A DNA stretch of 32,000 nt from Candidatus Saccharimonadota bacterium. Its GTDB lineage: Bacteria > Bacteroidota > Bacteroidia > Flavobacteriales > Blattabacteriaceae. Below the pieces are notes generated by a model. It was not told the origin of the DNA, searched no databases, and saw only the letters and a list, made by a program, of their open reading frames with translations. The DNA lies in contig NZ_CP006873.1 of NCBI RefSeq assembly GCF_000709555.1, positions 30,001 to 62,000 on the forward strand, read 5' to 3'. A program made the position numbers and the translations under genes. Shown here piece by piece: positions 29,363-32,000 of the stretch. How positions within the stretch are numbered: the first letter of the stretch is position 1; every line of letters begins with the position of its first letter.

Positions 29363-31132
29363 GTGAAAAGTACGTTGGAACGGCTAATTCCTGTTCTATA
29401 TGAAGCTGTTACTCATGTAACAGGTATTAAAAATACTTTAAGTCTTGTAATTCAGTATACCAAAAAAGAATTTCCTGGATATATTACTTTAGTTCTTTTA
29501 CCTTTAATGAAAATATTAAAGCAATCTCCTGAAAAAATGGGAAATCAAATAGGAAAATATGTTAAGAAACATTCCCAAATAATTCAATCTTTTCGATATA
29601 TTAATGGTTTTTTGAACTTTGAATGTACTGATTCATATTATAATGAGTTATTAAAAGAACTTTCTAGTAGTAACTTTTTGACAACTACATCTTCAGATAA
29701 GAAGACTCTGATGATAGAATATTCTTCCCCCAATACTAATAAACCTTTACATCTTGGTCATATTAGGAATATGGTATTAGGTCATTCAATATCTGAACTT
29801 TTTAAATCTGTAGGAAAAAAGGTAATAAAAATACAGATTCTCAATGATCGTGGAATACATATTTGTAAATCTATGCTGGCTTGGAACAAATTCTCCGGAG
29901 GAGAAACTCCTGAAAACAGTGGTATGAAAGGTGATCATTTAGTCGGAAAATATTATGTCTGCTTTGAAAAGGCTTATAGGAAGGAAGTGAATGATTTATG
30001 TGCACAAGGTTTTGATGAAAAGAAAGCTAAGAAGGAAGCCCCAATTATGCAAGAAGTTCATCAACTGTTGCGTCTTTGGGAATCTGGAGATGAAAAAATT
30101 TTGGCTTTATGGAAAAAAATGAATAACTGGGTATACCAAGGGTTTAAAAAAACCTATAGACAATTAGATATTAATTTTGACTATACTCAGTATGAGAGTA
30201 ATACTTACTTATTAGGGAAAAGAGTTATTGAAGAAGGAATAAAAAAAAAGGTCTTCTTTTATAAAGAAGACGGTTCAGTCTGGGTAGATCTTACTAAGGA
30301 GGGTCTAGATGAAAAGTTGCTTTTGCGTGCAAATGGAACAGCGGTGTACCTTACACAAGATCTTGGAACAACTATAGAACGTTTTGAAAAATATCCTATA
30401 GATTCTCTTATATTTCTCGTTGGAGAAGAACAAAAGTATCATTTTCGTGCGCTTTTTATCATCCTAAAGAAACTCGGATATGTCTGGGCAGATAAGCTTT
30501 TCCATCTTTCATATGGCATGGTAGAACTCCCTTCAGGCAAAATGAAGTCTAGAGAAGGCATTGTAGTAGATGCAGATGATCTGTTGGAACAGATGAACCA
30601 AGTGGCTAAAAAAATTACAAAAGAACTAGGAAAAGTCCATGATTATTCATCTACTGACTTAAAAACTCTAAGTTTAGGCGCATTGAAATACCATCTCCTA
30701 AAAGTCGATCCTAAAAAACGTATTATGTTTAATCCTGAAACTTCAGTAGATTTTAAAGGAAATACAGGGACTTACATCCAGTATACCTATTCTCGTATTC
30801 GCTCTTTAGAGAGAAAGGCTATGGCGATAGCATCGAAAAATATTCACCCGTATTCTCCAAGTGAAGAGGAAAAATATTTATTAAAAATCCTAGAACAATA
30901 CCCTTCTTTAGTGAAAAGTTCTGCGGAAAATTTTAGTCCAGCTATATTGGCTAATTACATTTATGAACTAGCTAAATCTTTTAACGATTTTTACCAAAAC
31001 GTCAGTGTAAAAATTATTCAAGATAAAAATCTGGATCAGGCTATTTTCCGACTAAAACTTTCTATTTTGTGTGGAGAAGTTTTAAAATTAGGCCTGAAAC
31101 TTTTGGGAATCAATATGCCAGAACGTATGTAG
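29363..31132 (+). CDS. argS: Arginine--tRNA ligase (GTG start)
   Basis: 589 aa, ..IEYSSPNTNKPLHLGHIRN..LG......LSYGMV.L..GKMKSREG..V.....ALKYHLLK and a C-terminal DALR anticodon-binding domain ending ..NMPERM. Confidence 0.95.
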   Translation: MKSTLERLIPVLYEAVTHVTGIKNTLSLVIQYTKKEFPGYITLVLLPLMKILKQSPEKMGNQIGKYVKKHSQIIQSFRYINGFLNFECTDSYYNELLKELSSSNFLTTTSSDKKTLMIEYSSPNTNKPLHLGHIRNMVLGHSISELFKSVGKKVIKIQILNDRGIHICKSMLAWNKFSGGETPENSGMKGDHLVGKYYVCFEKAYRKEVNDLCAQGFDEKKAKKEAPIMQEVHQLLRLWESGDEKILALWKKMNNWVYQGFKKTYRQLDINFDYTQYESNTYLLGKRVIEEGIKKKVFFYKEDGSVWVDLTKEGLDEKLLLRANGTAVYLTQDLGTTIERFEKYPIDSLIFLVGEEQKYHFRALFIILKKLGYVWADKLFHLSYGMVELPSGKMKSREGIVVDADDLLEQMNQVAKKITKELGKVHDYSSTDLKTLSLGALKYHLLKVDPKKRIMFNPETSVDFKGNTGTYIQYTYSRIRSLERKAMAIASKNIHPYSPSEEEKYLLKILEQYPSLVKSSAENFSPAILANYIYELAKSFNDFYQNVSVKIIQDKNLDQAIFRLKLSILCGEVLKLGLKLLGINMPERM

Positions 31133-31135
31133 TCT

Positions 31136-31922
31136 ATGTTTGATATCCCGTCAAGGAAGTATTGAGTAAGATTTCAGAACCCATAAAAGAATTACGTCGT
31201 GTTTTACTTAATGCTGATGTGAATTTGAAAGTAGCTAAAAAAGTTCTAATAAAGATTGTACACAGTGAACTCGTAGAACTTCTGGGTCTACCAGGTAAAA
31301 CAACTTTTTCCGTCAAATTAGCTTCTTACTTGTCCAGTAAAGAACGGAAAAATCCTTTATTAGTATCTGTTGATATTTCACGACCTGCAGCAATAGAACA
31401 ACTTAAAAAATCATATGCGAGAGTTAAGTGTAATGATGTATTAATAATAGATCACGCAGGACGTATAGATGAAGCTCTGATGAATGAAATCAAATATCTT
31501 TATCAAGAAAGATGTCGAGACTCTTTTTGTAGACAGGACAAGATTCAGTGAATCCCGCACCACGATATTTTAAATTATGAAGGCGGACAAACTAGATGGA
31601 GCACTAACTATTCGAAGTGTTGGACCCATTAAATTCATAAGCACTGGTGAAAATATGAGTATTACGAGTTTCTGCAACAACTAAAAAAAATACCAGGATG
31701 AAAGAATTTTCCTTTAAAATCATTGAGGCTATTATCTATTCTCTGACTCCTAAAGAACGGAAACATCCTAATATTATCAATCGAAAAAACCGAATCGCTA
31801 GTGAGTCTGTAACCTCTGAAGAAAAATTTCTACTTAAGCAATTAGAACATATGAGAAAATTAATAAATCCTTCGATAAAAAATATAATCACTACTATTTT
31901 TTCTGTAATATCTGATCTATGA
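31136..31922 (+). pseudogene. ffh: Signal recognition particle protein Ffh (SRP54) pseudogene, frameshifted and heavily deleted
   Basis: The ATG at 31136 gives MFDIPSRKY* (the Ffh N-terminus is MFDNLS). Later fragments are in other frames: IKELRRVLLNADVNLKVAKK (N domain); GLPGKTTFSVKLASYL...PLLVSVDISRPAAIEQL (the P-loop GLQGSGKTT shortened by 2 residues); VLIIDHAGRIDEALMNEIK (DTAGR changed to DHAGR); DKLDGALTIRSVGPIKFISTGENM (DARGG is lost from TKLDGDARGGAALS..PIKFxGxGE); and IIEAIIYSLTPKERKHPNIIN.KNRIASESV (M domain). The whole is about 790 bp versus about 1.3 kb intact. Track ORFs 31162..31551 and 31698..31922 are fragments of it. Confidence 0.88.
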
Positions 31923-31945
31923 CAGACTCTTCTTCTAAGGAAAAG

Positions 31946-32000
31946 ATGATCTGTATCATGTTTTCTAACGGTAAATCAAAAAAATTTCCATTGGGAACTT
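31946..32000 (+). CDS. thrS: Probable threonine--tRNA ligase, N-terminal fragment (continues right of window)
   Basis: The ATG at 31946 gives MICIMFSNGKSKKFPLGT.., resembling the ThrS TGS-domain start MIKITLPDGSxKEFxxGxT. Only 18 codons are visible. Confidence 0.4.
   Translation, partial: MICIMFSNGKSKKFPLGT

Noticed and set aside
1-32000. Scan for tRNA, rRNA, tmRNA or SRP RNA genes, IS elements, phage genes, toxin-antitoxin or defence systems
   Set aside because: Every spacer longer than about 60 bp is accounted for by a pseudogene relic or a divergent control region. I saw no cloverleaf-capable GC-rich segments, terminal inverted repeats or transposase-like or defence-like ORFs. The window is housekeeping DNA, and the novelty lies in the decay pattern.

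Overview
This window is AT-rich (about 30% GC by eye) and almost entirely coding. It looks like part of a reduced genome from a Flavobacteriales (Bacteroidota) obligate insect endosymbiont of the Sulcia / Blattabacterium / Uzinura / Walczuchella type. Three observations support that placement. The cluster rpmB-rpmG-DUF4295-ftsY is present. The str operon runs rpsL-rpsG-fusA-rpsJ without tuf. No Shine-Dalgarno motifs precede the start codons. The exact organism cannot be determined from here.

Gene content, left to right: tatC (start only), an ftsY stub, DUF4295, rpmG, rpmB, yidC, ftsH, dnaK, rplM-rpsI-rpsB-tsf and a dead map gene. Next comes the contiguous str/S10/spc/alpha ribosomal-protein superoperon (rpsL through rplQ, including secY, infA, rpmJ and rpoA), followed by valS, argS, a dead ffh and the start of thrS. 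I found no tRNA, rRNA, CRISPR array, mobile element or defence/toxin system.

The interesting signal is ongoing gene erosion among otherwise intact core genes. Both protein components of the SRP pathway (ffh, ftsY) are pseudogenes. Methionine aminopeptidase (map) is a pseudogene. Ribosomal protein L29 (rpmC) is reduced to a frameshifted 107-bp relic. secY has its conserved 5' end split from the body by a run of 11 T. A 167-codon stop-free relic of enolase sits between rpoA and rplQ. Several of these losses affect factors that act at the ribosomal tunnel exit, which suggests a coherent, testable loss of co-translational targeting and processing. All homology calls come from reading translations against remembered family motifs; no searches were run.
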